Positions 55,669 to 64,000 of a stretch of 64,000 nucleotides of DNA are shown one piece after another. Source of the DNA: an uncultured virus (IMG/VR IMGVR_UViG_3300021197_000608) (lineage: Duplodnaviria > Heunggongvirae > Uroviricota > Caudoviricetes); IMG/VR virus record IMGVR_UViG_3300021197_000608, one strand, 5' to 3'. The position numbers were made by a program, and so were the translations under genes. Numbering within the stretch: the first letter of the stretch is position 1; every line of letters starts with the position of its first letter. The notes under the pieces were generated by a model, which had not been told where the DNA came from, ran no database searches, and worked only from the letters and a program-made list of their open reading frames with translations.

Positions 55669-56367
55669 TTAACCAAGAGCAACCGCAAGAGCAATACCGA
55701 AGCCTTCAGTAGCAATTTTACCACCAGAGGCTGGGAATGTTAATGAACCACTCATAACACCAGCACTATCAATCAATCCCTGAGTAGTTATAGTACTCTG
55801 AGTAGTAATCTTACCTACAGATTCTATATCACCAGTAACATCTAGTCCTTCATTAATTTGAATACCACCAGAGTAAACTGTTAGTTTATTAGAATTATTA
55901 AATGCAAGATGCACATTATTTTTTGCACCAGCGTCATCACTTTCTAGAAGAATGATATAACCATCTTCCAATAGAATTTGACTACCAGCATTCGCACCAC
56001 CAACATCTGTTCCATCTATCTGAAGAACATCTAAGTCAGTGATAGTGTTGATAATTAGATCACCTGTACCACTGTGCTGTATACGAGAATTTGTTGCATC
56101 ATGGAATAGTTGTAAATCATCATCATTACCAAACTTAACTCTAAAATTAGTTGGGCCCGTAGAGTCATTAAAGTCAATAACACTTGGAAATAACACACTA
56201 CTCAAAGCAGCATCTATTTCAGTTATTGATTCTGCAATAGTAGATACAGCTGTTCCATTAATAGTAGTTGGAAGAGATGCTACATCACCGACATCTGCGC
56301 CGAGATTATTAAACTCTACTCTCCACTGTTCAAATGTGGTACTAGCTGGTGCGTTACGATTTGCCAT
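55669..56367 (-). CDS. Baseplate-proximal fibre anchor-like protein with AVALG C-terminus
   Basis: N-terminal TFEQWRVEFN; FGNDDDLQLFHD repeat; C-terminal GFGIALAVALG. Confidence 0.6.
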   Translation of the reverse strand: MANRNAPASTTFEQWRVEFNNLGADVGDVASLPTTINGTAVSTIAESITEIDAALSSVLFPSVIDFNDSTGPTNFRVKFGNDDDLQLFHDATNSRIQHSGTGDLIINTITDLDVLQIDGTDVGGANAGSQILLEDGYIILLESDDAGAKNNVHLAFNNSNKLTVYSGGIQINEGLDVTGDIESVGKITTQSTITTQGLIDSAGVMSGSLTFPASGGKIATEGFGIALAVALG

Positions 56368-56591
56368 TACTTCTTATCCATTAACTGTATCAACAAAGAT
56401 TTTATTTCGTGCATTTCACACTTTAAAGTATTTATCTCTCTAACCGTGTCTCTTAATTGATCTCGTTCTATTTTTTTATTCTCCATAGATTTCATATATG
56501 ATTCATAGGTGGAACGATTTGTGTTTATAATAGCTTTACTATTAATGTCTCGTTCAAGACCTTTGTATCCTTCTACTTTTAATCTATCCAT
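56367..56591 (-). CDS. Small coiled-coil protein downstream of the DUF4815 gene
   Basis: KVEG...L.RD..S.AIIN...Y...EI..LK.E..EIKSLL; start reassigned to ATG 56591. Confidence 0.7.
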   Translation of the reverse strand: MDRLKVEGYKGLERDINSKAIINTNRSTYESYMKSMENKKIERDQLRDTVREINTLKCEMHEIKSLLIQLMDKK

Positions 56592-56592
56592 T

Positions 56593-59500
56593 TTACAACG
56601 CCAATGCAATAATTCTTAGGTTTTTAATTCTTGGTACTTCAACTGTTGAAGTTGATTTGAGTTCCAATTTAACAGCAGCAGTTGAATAACTATTCAGTCC
56701 ACTGATAGTGTATTCTCTCTCAGCAAAGAACGCTGGGTTCTCATCTGGATTATCAGTTCTATCAGGTGTTGCAAGTCTGTATGGAATACTATCGAAATCT
56801 CTAATATCCCCTTCTTCTATAATCTTATAATAAACATTGATTGTAGCTGGGTCTGGACGATTTGCCTCAAACAATATTTTTAGAGCAGTTGCTGGATTCT
56901 CAACTGAAAATCTCTTAGTCATATAGTTTGCAGCATTTGATGTACCAATTGGAGCAATACCATCCAAGTATCTTTCATGTTGTGTTATCACAGCATTACT
57001 TGTTGTTTCACTCGCTGGAGCTGGAGTTATTCCAATAGAGGCACCATCACTTGCAACAGCAGTAACAGTAAATGTTGTGTTGTTACTTGAAGTTCCAGAT
57101 ACCGTAATTTCTTTACCAATGTCAAGTGTTAAGAATTGACTCTTAATGTTAGCAACAGAAGTAGTAACTGTTCCATTAGTATTGAAGACCATAGCACCAG
57201 TTGCATTAGATACTATTCTATCATCTAATGCCGAAACATTAAATGATGAACGTGTATAGTTACTAATTTTATTAGTTGTACAACATAGAGATATTCTTTC
57301 ACTATCTAGAACTGGAGATAACCATTCACTAGTTGTTGACATATTAGCAGTAATACTTCCAGATGTTCCAGAAATAATATTATTAGTTCTACCACCATTT
57401 AGATTTAAGTTTTGATTTAATTCGTTTGCAATCAACTCTCTTTCAGCTGGATAGTAGTTTGAGTTTTCAGAGATGAATGTTGCCGCAGACTTTGAATATC
57501 CTGTGTCCATACCTGTCCAACGATATGTAATTTCTGTGCCTGGCAACTTGACTTGTGATACTGCAAGTTGCAGAACATCAATAGTAATATTTCTTGTAGC
57601 TGTAATACCAGAACCACCAACAAAGTCGTGTGTTAGATTTGCAAGTGTACCACCAACAACATCTGAAGATGCGACAGGAATAGTATATGCATCTAGGTCA
57701 ACATTTGCAATTGTGTGATCTTTGTTAAAGAACTCTGAGTCAATACCAACAGAAGCACTATTCGCACCATATAAACCATCTGTTATACCTCTGAGTTTAA
57801 CTTTATCACCAATCTTCATACCATGATTTTTGTGAAGAACCCTAATAACAGCTGAGTTAGTATTTACTTCAAATGGGTTTGTTGGAAGTGATTGTCTAGG
57901 AACAATTGAGTTAACAAATGTTGGAACACCAATAGATGTTGTCTGGAACTTAGCACGATAGAGAGTAAACTTCACATCACGATATTGATGTGGTGTCCAT
58001 GACTGTCCATTCTGTGATAGGAATAATGTTCCTGCCAATGGATTTGCAGAAATCAATCTACCGTCTGCAAGATTTGTTTTACCAACTTCTGAGAAGAATA
58101 CTCTACATCCTGGCTCATCAACCTTAATTACAATAGCATATTCAGCATCGTCTTTAAGATACACTGGTGAGTCAAACTCAAAAGTTGTAGAAGAAGAAGC
58201 ATCAGTTGAAACATTAATCTCTTCTGGTTTCAGAACTTTTTGTGCAAGTACTTTGTTTGATGGGTGTCCATCGACAGTATCAGTTAACTGAACATATACA
58301 GGTCGTGTACCAGCAGTTTGGAAGAACAAGTCAACTTTAGTAACGAATGCACCTTCTTCACCTTGGTTAATAAATGTCTGTGCAAGTGGATCATGACCCC
58401 TACCTCTAGGCGGAGGCGGAGGCGGTGGATCAGCAACAAACGAACTTGCAATTTGTCTACTAGATGTATTAACACCACCACGAAGTTCTCTACTAACAGT
58501 TCTTTCTCTTTGAACTCTATCACGAACAAACTCTGCTTTTCTTACATTAAGAATTGTTTGTTCTCTCTCTTCTGCGATACCAGTTGCAGAATAAATTCTT
58601 TCTGCAGCTGATGTAAACGCACCAGTTGTTTTTTCGTTATTGACATTATCAATAAGTCTGAATACTCTTTCACCAGTTCTGAAGCGAAGTGCATCTGTAT
58701 TTGGAAGATAGAAAACTCCACTAAATTGACCAATAGAATTAGTTACTAGATTGGAAGAGTTTGTAAATACTGATGGGTTGGTTGTTGTTGAGGTGCCACC
58801 ATTAATTTCTGTAATAGTAACTTGGTTAACCCCACCACCATTTACACTTTTTCTACTTACTGTACCAGTACAAACATCACTTATGGCAAATCCATTGATT
58901 ATGTTTGTTGCGTATACTTCTCTAACTGAAGTACTGCCTGGCCCTTCCATTGCAACGTGACAAGAAGCCTGAAGTCTTTGACAAGAACCACCAGATGAGT
59001 ATGAACTAACAGTACCCAACACACTACCATCAATATTTGTAATTGTAAAGGTATTTGCCGAAGTATTAACAGAAGTAACAAGATAATTATTTTGTAAAGA
59101 ATTTCTAAAGTTCAATTGTGTTGAACCACTAATACTACTAAGTTGTACATGGTGTCCAGGCCGTATACCTGATACACTTGCAACGGTTATTGTTGCAACA
59201 GTCGTACTGTTTTTAACAACACCAGAAATATTAGTTGCAGTTTGAGTTTGGTTACGAATAATGTCACCATAGTTAAATGCATTTGCAAAATCATCTTCAC
59301 CGTCTGTAAAACGAGCAGAGTCAGTACTACCACTTGAGCCAGGCGATTGAATATCTTTAGGACTAAATCTAATGTTTGAACCATTGACTTTGAAAATATC
59401 AGCAGGACGAACAAAGTTACTTACATCTTCATTATCAAAGAATGCATGAACTCTTGTTTTTGGTTTTAGGTTTCCTACATTTACAGATATTGGTCGAGAA

Positions 59501-62500
59501 CGCATGAAAGGAATCATAGAGATACTAGTAATTCTATCTCCAAGATTATTTGATTCTACTGTAGACTGCATAGTAGTTCTAATACCAGAACTAACTTGTC
59601 CTACTTGTTGTGAGAACACCTGTCTACTCTGAACTGTTTGTGTGGTTGTAAATTGTGTACCACCACGAACTCTTTGGGCTGAAGTATTATTTCTACGAGA
59701 TAGAACTTCTGTTCTAGTTGGAACTCTACGTCCATACCAGTTATCCTGCCATGAATTCCATACTGTTCCTGTTACACCAGCTGCATCTGCAAGTTCACGA
59801 ATAACATCAAAGTTATTATCATCATTCACAATTACGTCTGGGCGACGTTCAACATCATTCCAATCATCCGAATATGGAACTAAGAAAATCTCACCAGTAA
59901 ATGGTGCAACCTTATATGGGTTTGTATCAAAACTATCTGAAGCAAATGGATTCTTGATATGTTCTTCTGATGTATATGGAAGAGTAACAATTCCGTCTGG
60001 ATGCATTGTATAATTTGCAGAAGATCTACTTGCATCACTGGTAACAGATTCAAGCAACTGTACATTATCAGTAAATGCCTTTGGACGAGCTTCACGTTCT
60101 GTCATGTCAACTGCGATATTGTAATCTTTATTCTGAATATCACCAATAATGTGTCCAGTAAAGTTGTCTACAACAAAACCATTCTTTAGTCTATCAAATC
60201 CAGCAGAGTCCTTAATTACCAGATCAGCAGTTTCTTTTTCTAGAAGGTTGAGTGAAGTGTAGTATTCTAGATTTGAAATTCTCTTATCTAACTTACCAAT
60301 GTCACGCATTGTGTATCTACGATTATCAAGTTTAGTAACTTGAACTTCATTCAACGACACGACATATGGTTCATAAACCATTTCAAATAGAACCATTCCA
60401 CTGTCTGGTTGTTGTGGTTTCTGTGGATCAAGAGCTGGTACACCTTGGATAATATCAAATCTTCCAAGTCTATCCATAAACATAATATCCATTCTTGCGA
60501 GGAAGAATGAGAAGTCTGCTTCCATGTTTGTACCGATAGCAGGAAGTTCTGAAACAACAGCAGTTGCATTTGTAAAGTTTGCACCAGTGTCATCAATACG
60601 AGGTCTAAAGTCGATACAGTCTCTTAGTTCAAAGAAACTACCATCACCGTTTGCAGATGTGTAAGTTGGAATATTAACATAGTCTACAACACCATCATAG
60701 GAGTCAACAGAAAAGTAATCACCAGCACCATGTGTAAAGAAATCGAATGTAACACGCAATGCACCAGTTGGAGCTGGTTGTCCTGGCTTTAGTTTAATTC
60801 TTGCGAGATCATAGAATGCATCTCTTTGTCCACCATCAAAATCATATCTATCTGTGATATCAATTGCACCAGAAGTTGCATACGCACCAAATCCACTGGG
60901 TTGCATTGAAACACTTGTAAGTTTAAATCCATCTGCTTTTCCAAGTGTAACCTCTGTTGATTGTACTGAAGTTTGACCAGTGATATCAACTGTAGCAGCA
61001 GACTGAAGTGTTTTAGTTTTTTCTGTAGCGTCATTTGCAGATACACGAATAGATGCAATCAATGTAACGGTGTCACCATTTGCCAATACATTAGTAATAC
61101 CAGCATTAAGTCCACTAAATGTTATTGTTCTATCCGAACCACTCAATCCCATTTTTGCACTGGTGATATCAACAATGTCTCCAGCTGAACGAGGACTTGC
61201 CCCTGTTGCAACAACAAGAGTATAGTTTCTCAAGTCTGAAATAGGTCTGAATGTTTCATCTGAACCAGCAACTGTAAATGAAACTGAGTTTGTTGATACG
61301 GTTGCAGGCGCAAACTTTCGTCTTACTGTATATGCAGTAGACTTTTCATTGTCTGGATTTGAAGTGGAGTCACCACGAATTTTTCTAACTCTGAAAAAGT
61401 TTGTTGGGAATACAAGTAACTTTTGATCTGGACGAACAAGTTCTGCTTTAAATCTTTTGATTGTACCACCAGAGACAGCAGCTGCACCATTAGCATCTAG
61501 TGTAATTGCTTGTTGTCCACCAATACTTGCGACAGAACCAATGAGTGTGTCGTTGAGGAAAATAACATCACCAGTTTCAACTTCTTGTAAGAATACTGTA
61601 CCAACACCAGTAATGGTAGTACTACCTGTTGTAGATGTTGCAGTACCAGTTAGTGATACGAGTGTAGGACTTATGTTTGCAGTAAAGGTTGAACCAACAT
61701 TATCTACAGATTTCACATCTCTTTCAAAATCGAAACCAGCATTCATGTTGATATCGAAGAGTCCAAGTTTAAATTTCTTTGTCGCAAGTGTACCCTGATA
61801 GTCACCATCGTGTAGAATAAATGAACGAGCTCTTGCAGAACCAATCTGTGTATTCTGTCCTAAATCTTCATACAATCTGATAACTTCAAACTCATCAATC
61901 TCTGGTACACCAGACACAGCTGTTACGAGAACAAAATTACCGATTGGTGTTTGAATTGGTTTATCGTTAACACGACCAAATGTTCTTGGTTTATCAGTCT
62001 TGACAAACTGAGTTGTCATAGTTTCTAATTCATAACCTTCAACATATGCTTTGCCAGGCTCAACTGCGAATACTAATTTAGATTCCTCACCACCAGAAGC
62101 CTGAGTATAGATACCACGGTTTGTTCCATCGTTTAAATGTTCACGAGTTTCAGAAAGGAATGGACGAACTTCATAGTTACCACTTTCATCAAATGTTCTA
62201 CGAGCAAGTGTATGTTCCAACTCAGCATAGTCTGCATACTTTTTAAACTTTTCAACAGTACCCTGATTAACACGAGCAAGTTCGATGAAGTCTGTGTCAT
62301 CAGTTGCAGTAAGAGTTTTCTTTGATAGGGTAAGGTTGATTTTAAATCTGTGAGCGCCTGGCGCATTTGTGTTTGATGTTCCAGTTGCATTATCTAGAAG
62401 AGATGAATCCTCTTCAGGTGAAACAAAACTTTCTGCAATAGTCCAACCAACTCTATAAGAAGGAGTTGAACTATACTTGTCTAAAAGTATAACCTGTTCT

Positions 62501-63105
62501 GAATTTTCTACAAAGAAACCATTGACAAAGTAAACACCTTTGTGTACAAGTATAGCAGAACCAGTTCCTACTGGGGCGTTTGTCGATTGAATATTTGCAC
62601 CAAGTTCTGTTATTTGATTTGTTGTTAGTAATGGGTTTAGTACAGTTGTATTATCAGCATTAGTTGAAAGAACAGTTTCACCAGATGCAAATGTTTTTGT
62701 CTCTCCATCTGTACCACTATCTTCATACTTGAAATATATTGTTAAAGGATCATCACCAGAAGCTGCAACTGTACCAATTACTTTTGCTTTGACACCAGTT
62801 GTTTGTCCAGTAATAATTTTGTTTTGAAAATCTGTTCTATAACCTTCAACATCTTGTGCATTGTAAATTGATTCAACTTTAAGATATTCATATTCCATGT
62901 CGATATTAATATCGCCTGGAATTACCATAGAACCTTGTTCAAAAACATGTTCACCAAAGTTATTAAGTTGTCTTTGGATTATAGTTTGTAATTGTGTAAG
63001 TTCACGAGCCTGAATTGAAAAGCCAGGACGAAACATAACACGATGAAAGTTCTTGGTTGAATCAAAGTCATCATAGTATGGGTTTACGTTGAAGTTAGTA
63101 GCCAT
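56593..63105 (-). CDS. Large virion structural protein (DUF4815/VrlC-like)
   Basis: NVNPYYDDF...FRPG..IQARELTQLQ, APGAHRFKI, RRYTMRDIGKL, KNGFVVDNF, DPLAQTF; follows gp8. Confidence 0.85.
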   Translation of the reverse strand: MATNFNVNPYYDDFDSTKNFHRVMFRPGFSIQARELTQLQTIIQRQLNNFGEHVFEQGSMVIPGDINIDMEYEYLKVESIYNAQDVEGYRTDFQNKIITGQTTGVKAKVIGTVAASGDDPLTIYFKYEDSGTDGETKTFASGETVLSTNADNTTVLNPLLTTNQITELGANIQSTNAPVGTGSAILVHKGVYFVNGFFVENSEQVILLDKYSSTPSYRVGWTIAESFVSPEEDSSLLDNATGTSNTNAPGAHRFKINLTLSKKTLTATDDTDFIELARVNQGTVEKFKKYADYAELEHTLARRTFDESGNYEVRPFLSETREHLNDGTNRGIYTQASGGEESKLVFAVEPGKAYVEGYELETMTTQFVKTDKPRTFGRVNDKPIQTPIGNFVLVTAVSGVPEIDEFEVIRLYEDLGQNTQIGSARARSFILHDGDYQGTLATKKFKLGLFDINMNAGFDFERDVKSVDNVGSTFTANISPTLVSLTGTATSTTGSTTITGVGTVFLQEVETGDVIFLNDTLIGSVASIGGQQAITLDANGAAAVSGGTIKRFKAELVRPDQKLLVFPTNFFRVRKIRGDSTSNPDNEKSTAYTVRRKFAPATVSTNSVSFTVAGSDETFRPISDLRNYTLVVATGASPRSAGDIVDITSAKMGLSGSDRTITFSGLNAGITNVLANGDTVTLIASIRVSANDATEKTKTLQSAATVDITGQTSVQSTEVTLGKADGFKLTSVSMQPSGFGAYATSGAIDITDRYDFDGGQRDAFYDLARIKLKPGQPAPTGALRVTFDFFTHGAGDYFSVDSYDGVVDYVNIPTYTSANGDGSFFELRDCIDFRPRIDDTGANFTNATAVVSELPAIGTNMEADFSFFLARMDIMFMDRLGRFDIIQGVPALDPQKPQQPDSGMVLFEMVYEPYVVSLNEVQVTKLDNRRYTMRDIGKLDKRISNLEYYTSLNLLEKETADLVIKDSAGFDRLKNGFVVDNFTGHIIGDIQNKDYNIAVDMTEREARPKAFTDNVQLLESVTSDASRSSANYTMHPDGIVTLPYTSEEHIKNPFASDSFDTNPYKVAPFTGEIFLVPYSDDWNDVERRPDVIVNDDNNFDVIRELADAAGVTGTVWNSWQDNWYGRRVPTRTEVLSRRNNTSAQRVRGGTQFTTTQTVQSRQVFSQQVGQVSSGIRTTMQSTVESNNLGDRITSISMIPFMRSRPISVNVGNLKPKTRVHAFFDNEDVSNFVRPADIFKVNGSNIRFSPKDIQSPGSSGSTDSARFTDGEDDFANAFNYGDIIRNQTQTATNISGVVKNSTTVATITVASVSGIRPGHHVQLSSISGSTQLNFRNSLQNNYLVTSVNTSANTFTITNIDGSVLGTVSSYSSGGSCQRLQASCHVAMEGPGSTSVREVYATNIINGFAISDVCTGTVSRKSVNGGGVNQVTITEINGGTSTTTNPSVFTNSSNLVTNSIGQFSGVFYLPNTDALRFRTGERVFRLIDNVNNEKTTGAFTSAAERIYSATGIAEEREQTILNVRKAEFVRDRVQRERTVSRELRGGVNTSSRQIASSFVADPPPPPPPRGRGHDPLAQTFINQGEEGAFVTKVDLFFQTAGTRPVYVQLTDTVDGHPSNKVLAQKVLKPEEINVSTDASSSTTFEFDSPVYLKDDAEYAIVIKVDEPGCRVFFSEVGKTNLADGRLISANPLAGTLFLSQNGQSWTPHQYRDVKFTLYRAKFQTTSIGVPTFVNSIVPRQSLPTNPFEVNTNSAVIRVLHKNHGMKIGDKVKLRGITDGLYGANSASVGIDSEFFNKDHTIANVDLDAYTIPVASSDVVGGTLANLTHDFVGGSGITATRNITIDVLQLAVSQVKLPGTEITYRWTGMDTGYSKSAATFISENSNYYPAERELIANELNQNLNLNGGRTNNIISGTSGSITANMSTTSEWLSPVLDSERISLCCTTNKISNYTRSSFNVSALDDRIVSNATGAMVFNTNGTVTTSVANIKSQFLTLDIGKEITVSGTSSNNTTFTVTAVASDGASIGITPAPASETTSNAVITQHERYLDGIAPIGTSNAANYMTKRFSVENPATALKILFEANRPDPATINVYYKIIEEGDIRDFDSIPYRLATPDRTDNPDENPAFFAEREYTISGLNSYSTAAVKLELKSTSTVEVPRIKNLRIIALAL

Positions 63106-63127
63106 TTATTTCACATTCCTATTATGA

Positions 63128-64000
63128 TTAGAATTCGACAACAATTTTTATATCTTCTGTTTGGTCAGAAGCACGAGAAATTGGTCTACGATTTTCTACA
63201 TAAATTAATTTTCCACTATCTGGTTCTAGTTCTGGAAGGGCAAACCCTCCACCACCAGATGTGAATGCAATAGATCCACCATTACTTAGTGTTTCCGTTG
63301 GTGATGTATTTGCTGGAGTTCCAGCAGCACCAGATGTGCCACCTGTAATAGTATTAGTTCCAGTAAATGCAATGTATTGTTGATATGTCGAAGATGAACT
63401 ATTTGAATTAATGCCATAGTTTAAAAACTGTTCTTGTTGATAGTAAAGAATATTATTCGTAGCATCAAACTCAACAACCCTACCAGTTGCATTATTAGTT
63501 GCTTGTGTAATCTTTTCATCTGGTTCAAATGTTCCAGTAGCAGAAGAAAATTTTACTGCATATGTTAATCTTGTTTGAGTTGCAGTTGCAGCTGTTGTTG
63601 TACCAGCGTTTGTTGGGTTTACAAGAATACCAACTTCTCTAAAATCATTTCCAATTGCAAAGTCATCAGTTTCAGTTTGTTCTAACTTAGTATTCATCAT
63701 TACAAAGTGTCCACCAAGTTCTTCTTGTCCACTGAAACCGTGTCCAACTTTTGGTGAGATGATGGGTAATATTACACCATTAGAACCACTACCAATTGTT
63801 GTTGCAGTTGATAAGTTTGCATCTTTATAAACTTCACCTAGATTTACTACACCATAAGTGTAGTTCTGTCCAGCAGCTTCAATTTGTGTATTCGTTGTTG
63901 CGTTAGAACCGAAAGGTTTAATCTCTCCACCAACCACAACAATCTTAACTTTACCAGAAATACCATCACCACGAATAGGTGAATAATAGATACCGCCTGG
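63128..64000 (-). CDS. g8: Baseplate wedge protein gp8, C-terminal part (frame open to the window edge)
   Basis: PIISP..GHG....ELGG, NDFREVG, SG.LIYVENRRPISRASDQTEDIKIVVEF. Confidence 0.9.
   Translation of the reverse strand, partial: PGGIYYSPIRGDGISGKVKIVVVGGEIKPFGSNATTNTQIEAAGQNYTYGVVNLGEVYKDANLSTATTIGSGSNGVILPIISPKVGHGFSGQEELGGHFVMMNTKLEQTETDDFAIGNDFREVGILVNPTNAGTTTAATATQTRLTYAVKFSSATGTFEPDEKITQATNNATGRVVEFDATNNILYYQQEQFLNYGINSNSSSSTYQQYIAFTGTNTITGGTSGAAGTPANTSPTETLSNGGSIAFTSGGGGFALPELEPDSGKLIYVENRRPISRASDQTEDIKIVVEF

Noticed and set aside
30964..56367. Diversity-generating retroelement or invertase shufflon acting on the adhesin genes
   Set aside because: No reverse transcriptase or site-specific recombinase in the window, no ~100-bp template/variable repeat pair differing at adenines that I could see, and all fibre genes share one orientation. 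Such genes could lie outside the window.
58398..58430. GC-rich GGCGGA repeats encoding PPPPPPPRGRG in the DUF4815 protein
   Set aside because: An in-frame low-complexity linker just before the conserved DPLAQTF motif, with no evidence of phase variation.
241..62390. Many short plus-strand and alternative-frame ORFs in the track
   Set aside because: They are shadows of well-supported minus-strand genes with no recognisable motifs; only 29001..29300 occupies its own space.
1..64000. tRNA genes, rRNA, CRISPR arrays
   Set aside because: No cloverleaf with T-loop consensus and no regularly spaced repeats seen; intergenic gaps are short. A tRNAscan/Infernal run would be needed to exclude atypical RNAs.
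1..64000. Stop-codon reassignment
   Set aside because: Core genes are full length in the standard code and end in TAA, TAG (regA, gp17) and TGA (gp43, gp46).

Overview
This window is an AT-rich segment of a large T4-like myovirus of the marine heterotroph type; a marine alphaproteobacterial host is inferred, not shown. Almost all genes are on the minus strand. Reading in the direction of transcription (64000 to 1): baseplate gp8 (partial) and a 2170-aa DUF4815/VrlC-like protein; a ~16 kb block of paralogous fibre/adhesin genes; neck gp13-gp14-gp15; two more adhesin cassettes flanking gp16; gp17, gp18-gp23, gp3, uvsY, uvsW; gp55, gp47, gp46; a DNA methylase, peptide deformylase, DUF932 and hsp20; gp45, gp44, gp62, regA; a RimK-protease fusion; gp43; a second methylase, a GNAT, a GIY-YIG fusion, guaC and mazG (partial). 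The main candidate for an undescribed system is an apparent terminal docking grammar among the fibre genes, in which recurring C-terminal motifs are followed by genes with matching recurring N-terminal motifs. It includes three 'one hub + three heads' cassettes and suggests a branched, modular adhesin tree. Other highlights are a RimK-RimB-like fusion with a T4 capsid-targeting-like N-terminus, a ROSE-like RNA thermometer plus RpoH-like promoter before hsp20, a structured element before uvsY, and an antisense sigma70-type promoter at the late/early boundary. All family calls come from motif recognition and synteny by eye; no searches were run.
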